This document shows positions 26,468-41,289 of a DNA stretch of 64,000 nt, one piece after another. The notes beneath the pieces were generated by a model. It saw only the letters and a list, made by a program, of their open reading frames with translations, did no database searches and had not been told where the DNA came from. Location: positions 434,001 to 498,000 of the forward strand of contig OZ176058.1 of assembly GCA_964247055.1 (NCBI GenBank), written 5' to 3'. The DNA is from Paragordius varius. Lineage: Eukaryota; Animalia; Nematomorpha. Numbering within the stretch: position 1 is the first letter of the stretch; each line of letters opens with the position of its first letter. The position numbers and the translations under genes were made by a program.

Positions 26468-27479
26468 TATAAACTTGATTAATTCAAATAAAACTCATTG
26501 TTTGAAATAGCAAAACATGAAATAGAGATATATTTACTAATACAATCAATTCTATGTTTTACAATGGTAAACTCAGTAGCTTATATGGGAAAGATTAAGG
26601 TTTAAAAATGGTTGTCTTTCAGAAAAAAATGCCTTTATTTTTACGTTTTGTCCGTATAAATTCAATTACTGTAATACAAAGTATGGTTGTCTTATAGAAA
26701 AAATTTTGTCTTTATATATTCACGTTTTGTCCTTTAGTTTATTTTCAATATTTACTGTAATTTCTGAAATATTAATTACCTTTTTTTGCGGTCTTTATAT
26801 TTTTACGTTTTGTCCTCACGTATAATTTCAATTTTTACTGTAAATATCAATAACGGAAACATATAATTAATTTCCCATAAATAATATGATTGTCTTTTAA
26901 TTAAAAATATTTGTCTTTATATTTCTACGTTTTATCCTTCCATAGTATAATTTCAATTTTTACTGTATCAGAAATAATAATTAGCATTTTGCAAAGAGCC
27001 AAAAATTTAATTTAGAATTAATGTATAGTGTATGGTGTGATAGACACGGGCAAATCTTTCTATTTTCATTTACTATTAATTAGGAAATAGTACATCATTT
27101 TTTTTTCAAATATTTATATTTTAAAGCCTGTGGTATATTCAATATTATGCTATATGTTTTTATTACATTAAATACTTTTATATCTTTACAACCAAAGTAT
27201 AAACATTTAGGAATTTCCATCTCTTTTATAGAAAGAGAAACAAAAATGATGAAAATTTGTTAATATATAGTTCATAATTTTGGAGCACATATAATAAAAA
27301 TTGAAATTATACGGACAAAAAATATAAAGATAAATATTTAATCTAAAAGACAACCATTTTTTTAACCTTTATATTTCTCATATAATCTATTTAATTACAA
27401 TTTTAAAATAAAGATTTAATTGTGTTAATATATCTCTAATTCAGACTTTGCCATTTAAAACAATGAGTTTGATATGTAT

Positions 27480-27840
27480 CCTTTATTTTATATAAAATTA
27501 ATTTTTTTCCGTTAAATGTGGGTATAAATATTTGGTAAAAAATTTGAAAAACAAGAGCTCTATGGCGTTTCTTATACATTTTTTGCAGAATATGATATTG
27601 TTAATACCATAGAGCTCTTGTATTTTCCATTCTTTACCAAATATTTATATCCCCTATTTAACGAAAAAAAATAAATTTTTGATAAAATAAAGGATACATG
27701 ACTGTATAATTCTTAATTTTTGCAAAATATAATATTGTTAATACCATAGAGTTTTTGTTTTTTCAATTCTTTACCAAATATTTATACCCATTTAAGTAAA
27801 AAAATAAATTTTTGATAAAATAAAGGATACATGACTGTAA
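27480..27840. mobile_element. MITE family C copy with a duplicated right arm
   Basis: One left arm and two right arms, each ending GGATACATGACTGTA (about 27707 and 27838). Confidence 0.7.
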
Positions 27841-30800
27841 AAGGCCAAAAATTGTCGCCATATCGAAATCGGCGCAGAAGACAGAAACAAATATTGAAAG
27901 AATAAAATTTCATATCTAATTAAGTTCCGATCGAATAAAATGCTATAATTTTTTTAAAATAATATCTTTTATAATCCAGTTTGTTAACTATTATGTTATA
28001 AGATATAAATTTAAATAATTTAAATATATACGATAAGTATGAATAGATATAAAATTATGCCATCTTTATATTGGATTTTGAATGTATATAATTTTTATGA
28101 CTATAGGTAAAAGCAATTTTTTAAATATATTTTGATCCTTAGTTTTTCCTATAAAACATATAAATTTTTATTGTATATAATTTCTAAGACAAAAGGTAAA
28201 AATTACTAATAAAATGTATTTTGGTCCTTAGTTTTTCCTTAAAAACCCTTATTATCAAATTATAAAATATATATTTAATTGTATTACCATTATACAGTAA
28301 AAAATGAAATACGGACAAAACGTGAAAATATAAAGACAAATTTTATTTTTAAAAGACGACCGTATATATCATATTAAAAGAATTTAATGACAATCGTAAA
28401 ATATTTTATTGTTTATATTACCAATATATATTCTAACTTTGAAGTTTAAAAAAATGAGTTAATTTAAAATAATTAAGGTTAAAAATTGCCTTTTGAAAAA
28501 AAAATTGTCTTTATATTTTTACATTTTGTCCGTATAATTTCAATTTTTATTGTATCTTTCCTTTTTTAACATTCAAAACAATAGATTATAATTTAAAAAC
28601 AATTTCAAATTGATTGTCTTGTCTTGAATAATTAATTATTTACACGATATTCCTTTAAAGACACACTGAAAAGAAATTATACTATGGACAAAACGTAAAA
28701 ATATAAAAACCAAAAAATTTTTCTATAAGACAACCCCATACTTTTTAAATCTAGATTTATATAAATATAACTCATTTGTTTTAAATGGTAGTGTGTAAAA
28801 GAGATATATATATTACTAACACAATCAATTCGTTATTTTAGAATCGTAACTAAGAAGCTTATATGAAAAACATTAAGGTTGTAAAAAGTATGGTTGTCTT
28901 TAAAGAAAATTTGTCTTAATATTTTTACATTTTGTCCGTATAATTTCAATTTTTACTGTAATTGCCATGCACTCTCATACACTTTTATTTACAGGTAATA
29001 AAAATTTCATAATCAGTAAAAAGGAATTATAGAAAACAGGCTATTATTTTCCTTTAAAAACCGAATATTTTTCTAATCTTTGATTATTTTGATATAATAA
29101 CCCAAGTGTTTAATTTCGTAATATATATTGGTGTGCTTTAAATATAGCTTACATCGGAAAAATCAAGTATGGTGGTTTTTAAGAAATAATATGTCCTTAG
29201 CTTTTAACAGTAAAAAATGAAATTATACGGACAGGACCTATAAAAATATAAAGACAAATATTTTTTTCTAAAAGACAATGATACTTTTTAAGATTGATTC
29301 ATATATAATTCAATGTATCAAAATGCAATGTATAAAATAGAGATCTTTATTGAAAATACTATCAATTACATATTTAAAAAATATTATTGAATGATTTTAA
29401 TAACAATAAATTAAGGTGTGAAAAATATGTCTTTAAAAAATAAATCTTTATATTTTTATTTTTTTGTCCGTATAATTTACTTTTTACTGTAAATTAATCA
29501 ATTATACAATTACTATTTAATTTTTATACTTTATGTTAGAAAATAGGTTAAAAAAGTTTGGTTGTCTTTTACAAAATAACATATTTGTTTTTTGATTGAT
29601 ATATTTTATCCGTATAATTTTAATTTTTACAATGTACTTTTGGACATCGTTTAAATTTATAAAACGAGGAAGAATAGTACAGTAAAAATTGAAATTATAT
29701 GAACAAAACGTAAAAATATACAGGCATATAATTTTTTTTCAAAAGACAATCATACTTTTTAAATCTTGATTATTTTCAATATATCTCATTATTTTAATCG
29801 AAAATGTAATAGGATGTAAATGCGAAACCCCATCAATTTTATCTTGTACAGTGTGGTAGGTAAATATATTATATAATAAGATTTAAAAAAGTATGGTTGT
29901 CCAGAAAAAAATATTCTTTGTATTTTTACTTTTGTTTGTATAATTTCAATTTTTACTCTAAAGTGTTAATCAATTATACATTAAATATTTAAATTTTGTA
30001 AGAAAGAAAATAGGCCTAAAAAAGTATGGTTGTCTTTTACAAAAACATATTTATTTTTCGATTGATATTTGTCTTTCGATTTTACTGTATCTACTTTTAG
30101 ATCTTGTTTAAATTTATCATACGAAGAAATATAGTATTTTAAAAATAATATTAACGAGTTGTGAACAATAATATCCACTAGAAAAGGTTCATTACAAATT
30201 AGTCTAAAAGCTTATATGGTATTTTTTGTATGGGTTATCCATTTTCAAATTACAACGTATAATATTAAATACCAAGTTTTTAGAATACTATATTTTGTCA
30301 ACCGAATTAACTCATAAAATACTATAAATTTAAAGGGTTTTTTATTGAAATAAAGATTTATGACAAAAACCCAGTAGGAAATTGAATTATTCTACAGTCA
30401 AAATGTAAAAACATAAATACAGATATTTTTGTTAAAAGGATGTACTTGTTTAATTTAATTTTTTTACTCACATTCATTGCTTTAAACTTCGTATAAAAAT
30501 TGAAAAGAAAATTCTTATATCAAATAGTTTATTATGTTTAAAAAAATTATGGTCTCAAAAAATAGGTTTGTCTTTATGTTTTTACACGTTTTAATTGTAA
30601 ATTTCAATTTTAAGGGCAATTTTCATGTTTTAAGATAAAATTAAAAAAAAGGAGATGCATTAAAAATTGATATTATAAGGACAAAACGTATGAAAGACAA
30701 ATATTTTTTTTCAAAAGACCATATGTTTTAAAACTTTAATTTTTTAAATATATCTCATTGTTTTAAACTACAAAGTATATAATATATATAAATGTATTTT

Positions 30801-31116
30801 GGTAACATAATGAAATATGTAAATTACGATTATAATTTAATATTTTATATAACAAAAATTAAGGTTTTAATAGTTATGGTTGGTTGTCTTTTGCAAAAAA
30901 TTTGTCTTTTTATTTTTACGTTTTGTCCATCCTTATAATTTCTGTTTTACGGTAATTTTTTTAACTCATAAACTTTAATCTCCGTATAAAAAATATCTAC
31001 ATGATTTATGTTGGAAAATTAAGGTTCAAAAAATGTGTTTTTTTACATTTTAATTAAAAATTTTAATTTTAAGGGCAATTTTTTGTTTTAATATATAATT
31101 AATATAAGTGTAAATA

Positions 31117-32028
31117 CAGTCATATATCCTTTATTTTATCAAAAATTTATTTTTTTCCGTTAATGGGCTAATAAATATTTGGTAAAGAATGGAATAAACA
31201 AGAGCTCTATGGTAATTCTTAAACTTTTCAATGAATGATATGTAGAGTTTTTATTTTTTCAATTCTTTACCAAATATTTATAACGATATAAGTAAAAAAA
31301 TTAATTTTTGATAAAATAAAGGATACATAACTGTATAATTCTTATACTTTTTTGACAGAATATGATATTGTTAATATCATAAAGATCTTGTTTTTTTCCA
31401 TTCTTTACCAAATATTTATACCCATATAAGGAAAAAAAATTAATTTTTGATAAAATAAAGGATACATGACGACTGTATAATTCTTAATTTTTGATGAATA
31501 TGATATTGTTAATACCATAGAGTTCTTGTTTTTACCATTCTTTACCAAATATTTATACCGATTTAAGTAAAAAAAATAAATTTTTCATAAAATAAAGGAT
31601 ATATGACTGTATAATTCATATATTTTTTTGCAAAATATGATATTGTTAATACCATAGAGCTCTTGTTTTTTCAATTTTTTACCAAATATTTATATCCATT
31701 TAACGAAAAAAAATAGTTTTTGATAAAATAAAGGATACATGACTGTATAATTCTTATACTTTTAAGATAAGTATGATATTGTTAATAGCATAGAGATCTT
31801 GTTTTTTTCAATTCTTTAACAAATATTTATACGCGCATTTAACGGAAAAAAAATTAATTTTTGATAAAATAAAGGATACATGACTGTATAATTCTTATAC
31901 TTTTAAGATAAGTATGATATTGTTAATAGCATAGAGATCTTGTTTTTTTCAATTCTTTAACAAATATTTATACGCGCATTTAACGGAAAAAAATAAATTT
32001 TTGATAAAATAAAGGATACATGACTGTA
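31117..32028. repeat. MITE family C copy whose right arm is tandemly amplified 6 times (~140-bp minisatellite)
   Basis: TA|CAGTCATATATCC left end; right-arm termini CTGTA at 31331, 31473, 31607, 31743, 31884 and 32024; the last two units are nearly identical. Confidence 0.88.
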
Positions 32029-33063
32029 AAAGCCAAAAATTGTCGCCAATATCGAAATCGGCGCAGAAAATAGAAACAAATATTTAAAAAACAAAATTTG
32101 ATACTAATTAAATTCCCCATCGAAAAGATGCTAAAATTATTTAAGATAATATCTTTTATAATCTAGTTTTGTTAACTATTGCCTTATAAAATATGAAATA
32201 AATAATTTAAATTTTTCTATTAAGGTCTTTCTATTTCTATAATTATGCCATCTTTATAATTTAAATGTATTTAATTTTTAAGACAAAAGGTAATCTTTTT
32301 GAAAAAATATATTTTGATCCTTAGTTTTTCCTTGAAATCTTATATTATCAAATTATAAAATATATGATTAAGTGTATTATTATTATACAGTAAAAATTGA
32401 AATTATATACGGACAAATCGTAAAAATATAAAGACAAAATTATTTTCAAAAGACAACCCTACTTTTTTAAACCTTAATTTATCATATTAAAAACATTTAA
32501 TGTTAATCGTAAAATATTTCATTGTTTGTATTACCAATATATATTTCTATATACTTTGCAGTTTAAAAAAATGAGTCGGATTTATAATATTTAAGGTTTA
32601 AAATAGTATGGTTGTCTTATGAAAAAAATATTTGTCTTTAGATTTTTACATTTTGTCCATAGTATAATTTCAATTTTATTGTATCTTTTTGTTTTTTCGC
32701 AATCCAAAACAATAGATATATTATAAAAACAAAATTTCAAATTGATTGTCTCGAATAATTAATTATTTAGTGTTAAAGACATACAGTAAAAATTGAAATA
32801 CGGATAAAATGTAAAATATAAAGACATATTTTTTTTCTAAAAGACAACCATATTTTTTCAATCTTGATTTTTTAAATACAACATTAAACAACAAAATATA
32901 AAATAGAGAACTATATGTAACACAATTAATTATATATTTTTAAATTGTAATTATATAATTTATCTTGGAATAATTAAGGTTTAAAAAAGTATGGTTGTCT
33001 TTTGAAAAGAAATTTTGTCTTTATATTTTCACATTTTGTCCGTATAATATCAATTTTTCGGTA

Positions 33064-33097
<34 letters not shown>

Positions 33098-36000
33098 ATC
33101 CTCATTTTCTAAACATATACTAGGCATAAAACATTATATATAATAAAATAATTTTTGAGTTAAAGGCAAAAACATTACAAAAAGTTGATTTATATCCATA
33201 CCATTGTCCTTTTACAATAATATGACCATGATTTAATACTTAGCTGTCATTGTTTAATTTTAAACTACAGTTTAAAATAGGTGCTTAGCTTACAATATAT
33301 ATCATTTGCAGTTCAAATTCACCCTTAAACAATTCAAATTCCCCCTTGAACAATTTAAATTCACCCTTAAACAATTCAAATTCACCTTCGAACAATTTAA
33401 ATTCACCCTAAAATAAATTATGTGTTTTTTAAGATTAAAAATTAGCTATATTTTTTTTTTAAAAAAAAAGAAATTTTGTTTAAAATTTAAATAATACTGA
33501 AAAATTATTAAACTATGCCATAAAAATATATTTAATTTTAATGATGAGTTATATTTGACTGAAATTTCATAATTTATTTTTAGGGTGAATTTGAATTGTT
33601 TAAGGGTGATTTTGAATTGTAAATGGTATATATTCAATTATTTTTATTTAGATGAGATAATTTGCTAAACTATAAATTTGCTTGAAATTTAATCAAATTA
33701 TTTTAAAACTATTTTTATTTTTCCCATCTTATTTACAGTAATTATAATTATCAAAATTAAAACTAAAATTTACTATTTTTTTAAAGAAAACAATATTTTT
33801 ACCTAGTTTTTTTCTACAGAAAACTTTTCATTTTCAAATATTAATTAAGAGTTTTCAATTTTATTTTCCCCCAAAAAATAACTTAATGTCCCTTATTATA
33901 GAAAATGTGTATATAGATATACATATGTAACAAATCAACATCCATGGAATTTTCATTTTCATTTATATATTTATTCTAATTAATAGATTAAACAATTTTA
34001 AAACCAAATTATAAGGGGTATATAAATATTTAGCTAAATTTTTAGCCATAAAGTTATTAGCTAAAAAAAGATGCTGTAAATATACCATTTCCAATTCAAG
34101 TTTACCCTTAAACAATTCAAATTCACCCTTGAACCATTCAAGTTCACCCTTGAACAATTCAAATTCCTTAACTAATATATATATTTTTTAATATTAAAAA
34201 TTACCTATATATTTCTATATATTTTTAGAAAATAAAAATTTTGTATTAAATTAAAATACTACTGAAAAAATAAATAACTATGCCATAAAGATGTATTTCA
34301 TACTTATAATAAGTTATATTAGTTCGAAAACACATAATTTATTTTTTGAGGGTGAATTTGAATTGTTCAAGGGGGAATTTGAACTGTAAATGGTATATTA
34401 TATTATATAAGGTTTTAGACTTCATTATTGATACATTTAAAAATTATTTGAAATATATTTATTACATATTCCGAATCAAAATTCTTTTAAAGATGCGTAT
34501 TTTATTTCATTTTTATTTATTGGTTGATATATATAATTATTTAGCTATTGTTTTTTTGGGGGTTCAAATTTTTTGATTATTCTTTTTTGGATGTGCCATT
34601 TAAATATTAGTTACTATATATTTTAGTGTTTTTTTAATCTATTCTCTTAATAATCCACTAATATAAATTATGAATATGCCATCTCTTTTACAAATAAAAA
34701 GACAATAAAATGGGTAAATATATTATATACAGTCAATTTTCATATTGTGAACATATATTAAGCATAAAACATTATATATAATAAAATAAATAATTTTTAA
34801 GTTAAAGACTAAAACATTACAAGAAAGTTAATATTTATATCATCTTAAAATAATATGGCGATATTTTAAAATTTACTGTTATCGTGGAAATAATTTATTT
34901 TTGTTCGTTAAAATAATTATTTTTTAAAAGTTTAGTAAAAAATTTTAATGATGTAAAATGGAAAATCTAGTTTACACAGTATATTACATTATTTTTTAAA
35001 ATTGTAACTAAGATTTTAAAATTGAGTTATTTATATATATTTAGATTGATTTAATCAGCAAATCATATTTTCAATAAATTTAAAGCTACAAAATTTAAAA
35101 TAATTAAAATGGTATAAATTACATTAAAATAATCTTTAATCATCCAATAACATTAAAACAAATAAGTAGAAATAATAAAATAAATTTTACTGAAATTTAA
35201 AATTTATTAGTTTGCGCAAATTATATTAAATAATATTTGAATTTCATTTCAAAAATTGAAAAACTATATGGATAAATCCCCACAAAGGAAAAATGTCATT
35301 TTAAATTAATTGTTGATAGTTAGTACAGTAAAACATCAAATTTACGAAAAAAATGATAAAATATATATAAAAAATCCTTAAAACTACCTAACAAAGGCCA
35401 AAATATATAATTAATTATGTTATCAATATAAATCTTTATTAAAAGTATGGGTGTCTTTTAGGAAAAAATATTTGTCTTTATATTTTTACGTTATGTCCAT
35501 TTAATTTCAATTTGTACTGTCATAAGTCAATCCTCATTTTATAAACATATACTACGCATAAAACATTATAAATAATAAAATAATTTTTGAGTTTAAGGCA
35601 AAACATTACAAGAAAATTAACTTATTTCTATACCTGACGATGATTTAATACTTAGCTGTCATTGTTTAAATTTTTTAAACTACAGTTTAAAATAGGTGCT
35701 TAGCTTACAATATATATTCAATTATTTTTAGACGTGACAATTTGCTATATAACTATAAATTTGCTTGAAATTTAAAATCAAATTATTTTAAAACTATTTT
35801 TATTTTTCCCAGCTTATTTACAATAATTGTATTTAAAAATAAAAAATTAAAAAATAAAATTTACTATTTTATAAAGATAAAAATTTTTTACCTGGTTTTT
35901 TCTACAGTAAATTTTACAATTTTAAATAATTAAGATTTACCAAATTTATTTTCGCCCCCCAAAAATAACTTATTGTCCCTTATTCCAGAAAATGTGTGTA

Positions 36001-39000
36001 TTGATATACATATGTAACAAATCCACATCCATGGAATTTTCATTATTTTAAATATTTATTCTAATTAATTGATTAAACAATTTTAAAACCAAATTATAAG
36101 AGGTGGTATATAAATATTTACAGTTCAAATTCACCCTTGAACAATTCAAATTCACCCTTGAACAATTCAAATTCATTTTTGATAACTCATTATTAATATA
36201 AAATATATCTTTATGGCATAATTTATTATTTTTTCAGTATTATTTTAATTTAAAACAAAATTTTTATTTTTGAAAAATATATAAAATATAGGTAATTTTT
36301 AATCTTAAAAAACATGTTATTTATTTGAGGGTGAATTTGAATTGTTCGAGCGTGAATTTGAATTGTTTAAGGTTGAAATTGAATTGTTTAAGGGTTAAAT
36401 TGAATTGTAAATGGTATATTTCCAATTAATAGATTAAACATTGTTAAAACCAAATTATAAGGGGTAGTATATAAATATTTAGCTAAATTTTTACCATAAA
36501 CTTATCAGCTAAAAAAAGATGGTGTAAATATACCATTTCCAATTCAAATTTACCTTCGAACAATTCAAGTTCACCCTTAAACAATTCAAATTTGCCCCTA
36601 ATTAAAATATATGTTTTTTAAGATTAAAAATTACCTATATTTCTATATATTTAATAAAAATTTTGTTTTAAATTAAAATAATACTGAAAAAATAAATAAC
36701 TATGCCATAAAGATGTATTTCATACTAATAATGAGTTATTTTAGTTTACATAATTTATTTTTAGGGTAAATTTGAATTGTTCAAGGGTGAATTTGAATTG
36801 TAAATATTATATTATATAAGGTTTTAAACTTATAATTTTTTTTTACAATTAATTATTTAAGAAAATGTGCAAAATTACCTTTATAATATTTTTCTAATAA
36901 TTTTTTTTTCATTTAAAAATTATTTGAAGTATATTACAAATTCCGAATCATAATTCTTTTAAAGATGCGTATTTTATTTCATTTTTATTTATTGTATATA
37001 TATATATTTATTTATCTATTATTTTTTGGGGGGTTCAAATTTTTTAATTTATTCTTTTTTTGGTTGTGCCATTTAAATATCAGTTACTATATATTTTAAT
37101 ATTTATTTTTAACTTTTCTTTTTAGTTACTTATTTTAAGGTAGATAAATATGCCATCTCTTTTACAAATAAAAAGACAATAAAATGGAAAAATATATTAT
37201 ATACAGTCAATCCTCATATTATAAACATATATTAAGCAAAAAGCATTATTTTATAATAAAAAAATTTTTGAGTTGAAGGCAAAAACATTACAAGAAAGTT
37301 GTTTCATCTTAAAATAATATGCCGATATTTTAAAAATTAGCTGTTTTCGTATAAGTAATTTATTATTGTTCGTTAAAATAATTATTTTTTGAAAGGTTAG
37401 TAAATTTTGTTATAAAAATCTAGTTTACACAGTATGCTTATATTTTGAAATTGTAATTAAAATATTAAAATAAAGTTATTTATATATTTTTGATGATTTA
37501 ATCAGTAAATCATATTTTCAATAAATTTAAAGCTAGTCAAAATTTAGAATAATTAAAATGTGGTATAAATTATACTTAAATATTCTTTAATCATTTATAA
37601 CATTAAAACAATCAAGTATTTATTTAAAACGACACTATATTTGGTGGTTAAAATTAAGGATTAATAAAATAAATTTTACTGACACTTGAAATTTTTTTCA
37701 TTACACAAATTATATTAAATAATATTTTAATTTCATTTCAAAAATTGAGAAACTATATGAATCTAACCCTACAAAGGTAAAAATGTCATTTTATATAAAT
37801 TATTGATAGCTAGTACAGTAAAAATTCAAATTATACGGACCAAAACGTAAAATATAATGAAAAATGTTTTTTTCAAAAATACAAGCATTCTACTTTATAA
37901 TATTTCCCTTGTTAAAACTACTTAAAAAGCTCAAAATAATAATTAATTATGTTACCAATATACATCTCTATTTTATTCTTTGGAAATAAAATACAATGAA
38001 TTAAATTAAAATTAAACAAGATATAAAAAGTATGGTTGACCTTAAATAAAAAAAATTTTGTCCATATATATTTACATTTTTTCCGTATAATATCATTTTT
38101 TACTGTAATACATTCAGTTATAAAATTAATTATTATCGTCAAAATTACCATACTAAAAATTTAGTAAGAGTAATTAACGTAAACCACTATAGGCATATTA
38201 AAAATTCTTAATTATATTTTTTAAGTGCGTTTTAAAGGGCCATACAAACATCAAATTATATAAAAAAAGATTTTTTATAAGATCTAACAGTGTATTTATA
38301 CCTTTTTCATCTAGCCTAAAAATAGGACAAAGTATGTTTCAACAAAATTTTGCCAACAATTTTAGATTTTGTAAAAAATATGCTTTTTTTTAAAAAAAAA
38401 CCTTTTTTTGAAAGTTTAGTATATATATTTTTTTATTGCGCAATCTTGTCATTTTTGCAATTTTAACAAAAAAGTTAAAACATTTTACGAGAGCGAAAAA
38501 AATTTGGACTTTCAAAGTCCACACCTATAAATTACTGTAAAAATATTATACTACGGACAAAACGTAAAAATGTAAAGACAATTTTTTTCCTAAAAGACAA
38601 CCCCATGCTTTTTAAATCTGGATTAATTTAAATTTAACTCATTATTTTTGTAAATTCCAAAGTAATAATAGAGATGTTAATTGGTAACATATAAATAGTT
38701 ATAGGCTTGTTATCAAGTATTTTTCTAGGATTTATTAAGTTTGAAAAAGTATGGTTGTCTCTTAGAAAAAAATATTTATCTCTATATTTTTACGTTTTGT
38801 CGGTATAACTTCAATTTTTATTGTAAAATTTTATAAAATAATTGTTTTTATAGGTTGGTTATGATATATATAAGTTCTGTTTTTTGAATGGATAATTTAG
38901 CATTCATTATAAAAATTTGGTTTTAAAAAAACGCAAATTTTGCTATTTTCTTTTATAAAGCACTTGTTATAAAAGTATTAATAAGTTTATTAAATCACTC

Positions 39001-39765
39001 GTAGGGTTAAAACATAAAAGCATCATAATAATCTTGATACATTATCTTATCGGAAATTATATATATACAAATTTATTTTGTTGACAAAATGTTATATACA
39101 TTTTATAACCTTAAAATACATTAATTTGCCTGTTGCTTTTGCGATATAAAAATTTATAGGATAAAAAATGGGGATGGGGATAGCTTGAGATGAAAATTTG
39201 TTTACAATTTTACATTTTTTAAAATTTTTTTTCATATATATTACGCCTAAATGACTAAAGAAAGCATGATTATTAATTAGGCTTAATACCTTAATTATTT
39301 TTATAAGATATATAAAATTAAAATTGCTTGGGATATAAACTGCATTAAGAAGTTTATAAATTATATTGATTTTTGCCTTAAGTAAGCATTTTAACTTTTA
39401 TGTTTAATAATTTTTTTTCATAAAACCTATTTTTTAATAAAATTTATTTTGCAAATCAAATAAAATGTAAATAATTATCAATTACATATTGTAAATTATT
39501 TTAGTTAGGATTAAGGCTTTAAAAAAGTATAGTTTGTTATAAATATTTTTCTTTTTTTTATATTTTTCTTTTAATTATAACCAATTTTACTTAAAAATAA
39601 AAAAATTATTTTCAAAACTATATATACCTAGTGAACTATTAGTTAAAAACATACACCATACTTCCCATCTCGTTTTAATTTTCTATCAAACTTTGAAAAA
39701 CCCTAAAAAAACCTGATTATTTTTTGAATTCTGAAGGAAAAAGCAAAAAATAATTCTCAAACAAA

Positions 39766-39906
39766 ATGTTGATGCCAAAAAAGAATCGTTTGATGATTTA
39801 CGAATACCTTTTTAAGGAAGGCGTAATGGTTGCTAAAAAAGATTTTCATCTTGCAAAACATCCCCACGTGCCCGTACCTAATTTGCAAGTTATTAAAGCT
39901 TTACAG
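39766..39906 (+). CDS. RPS10: 40S ribosomal protein S10 (eS10), exon 1
   Basis: [47 protein letters not shown]|gtttga; phase 0; typical metazoan eS10 N-terminus. Confidence 0.96.
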
Positions 39907-40770
39907 GTTTGATTTTTTTGAATTTTTTTGTTAGTTTTATAAGTTTTAAATTATTTTTTTGAATATTTTTTCCTGATCAGATTATCTTTTGGTTTCAAAT
40001 TATCTGACAATTTAACTGAGTGTTTTAATATTTCAAAATTTTCATTAAACGTTTTTTTATAACTTAATTTTATAATCTAATTACATATATAGTTTTAAAT
40101 TATAAATTTTAAACATAAATTGAAAAAATTATACCTTTTTACCGAAATATAATTTATATATAAAAATATTATCTTTTATTAAATTTTAAGATTTTAAAGG
40201 TTAACTTGTATGGTTTTACTATTTTTTTTAAAATTTATTTTAAATATTCTATTAAAATTCTTTATAAAATTCATTTTGATTTGATTAAAACAGAACTTAA
40301 AAATCAATCTTTGTTAAATAACCATCAAAAAAATTTATATTTGCATAAATTATTCTTTTTTTAATTTTAAAAAGAAATTTAAAGTTTTAAAATATTTTAA
40401 TATTCTCCAATAATTTGAAAAATAAAAATATTTGATATATCACACCATATGCATCTAGGTACCTACAGTGCAAAATATTCAGTAATAATTTGCAATTAAA
40501 TAAATAAATTTAATTAAAATTAATACAAAAAAATAATTTTAGAAATTAAATATAAAAAATGTTAAAAATTAAATTTAAATACAATTTAGCTTAAAAAATA
40601 AAAATATCTCAAAATCTAAATTATATATAAAAGTATCTTTTTTTTTATAAATAAATCTAAAATTATTTTATTTAAACAGCTTTTCGGGGTTAGTTTGTAA
40701 GTATTTTCGAGAAAATTCTTTGCAAGTATTATAAATTTTTTTTTTATTTTAAAATCACCTGTTTTTGCAT

Positions 40771-41251
40771 AGTTTAAAATAAAGCGGTTACGTGAATGAA
40801 CAATTCGCTTGGGCTATTTATTATTGGTATCTTACGAATTATTTTAGAGATTATATATTAGCATTTTAATGCTAACTAGAAAATTAAAATTTATCAATAG
40901 ATGCATAAAAAAACTTAAATTGTATATATATAAAATAGTTTAAAAAACAAAATCTAAAAATAAAGTTTGAAATAAAAACTGATAGTTCCCACTTCCTGGT
41001 GATACATTCGAAATACTATTTTTTAAAATAAAATATTTTGAAATAAACTCTTTTTTCAATTATAAAATATTTGGAATATTAAATTAAATCACCTGTTTTT
41101 GCAGAGTTTAAAATCACGTGGTTACGTGAATGAACAATTCGCTTGGGCCATTACTATTGGTATCTTATGAATAAATACCTGAGGGATTATTTATTAGCAA
41201 TTGAAATGCTAGCTATGAAAGATTAAATTAATAATTTCATAAAAAAATTTA

Positions 41252-41289
<38 letters not shown>

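Larger units (their letters stand above)
20800..38150 (+). repeat. Second unit of a ~21-kb diverged tandem segmental duplication (first unit <1 to about 20800)
   Basis: Anchors 629/22009, 5272/24188, 6801/25764, 8079/27024, 10176/29822, 10552/30372, 14917/33095 and 17060/34728; some blocks are out of order. Boundaries approximate. Confidence 0.8.

Noticed and set aside
38505-38521. Palindrome TGGACTTT-C-AAAGTCCA upstream of RPS10
   Set aside because: Single short occurrence, no supporting context.
39661-39676. Pyrimidine run CTTCCCATCTCGTTTT as a TCT/5'TOP start for RPS10
   Set aside because: Plausible for a ribosomal protein gene but cannot be supported without TSS data.
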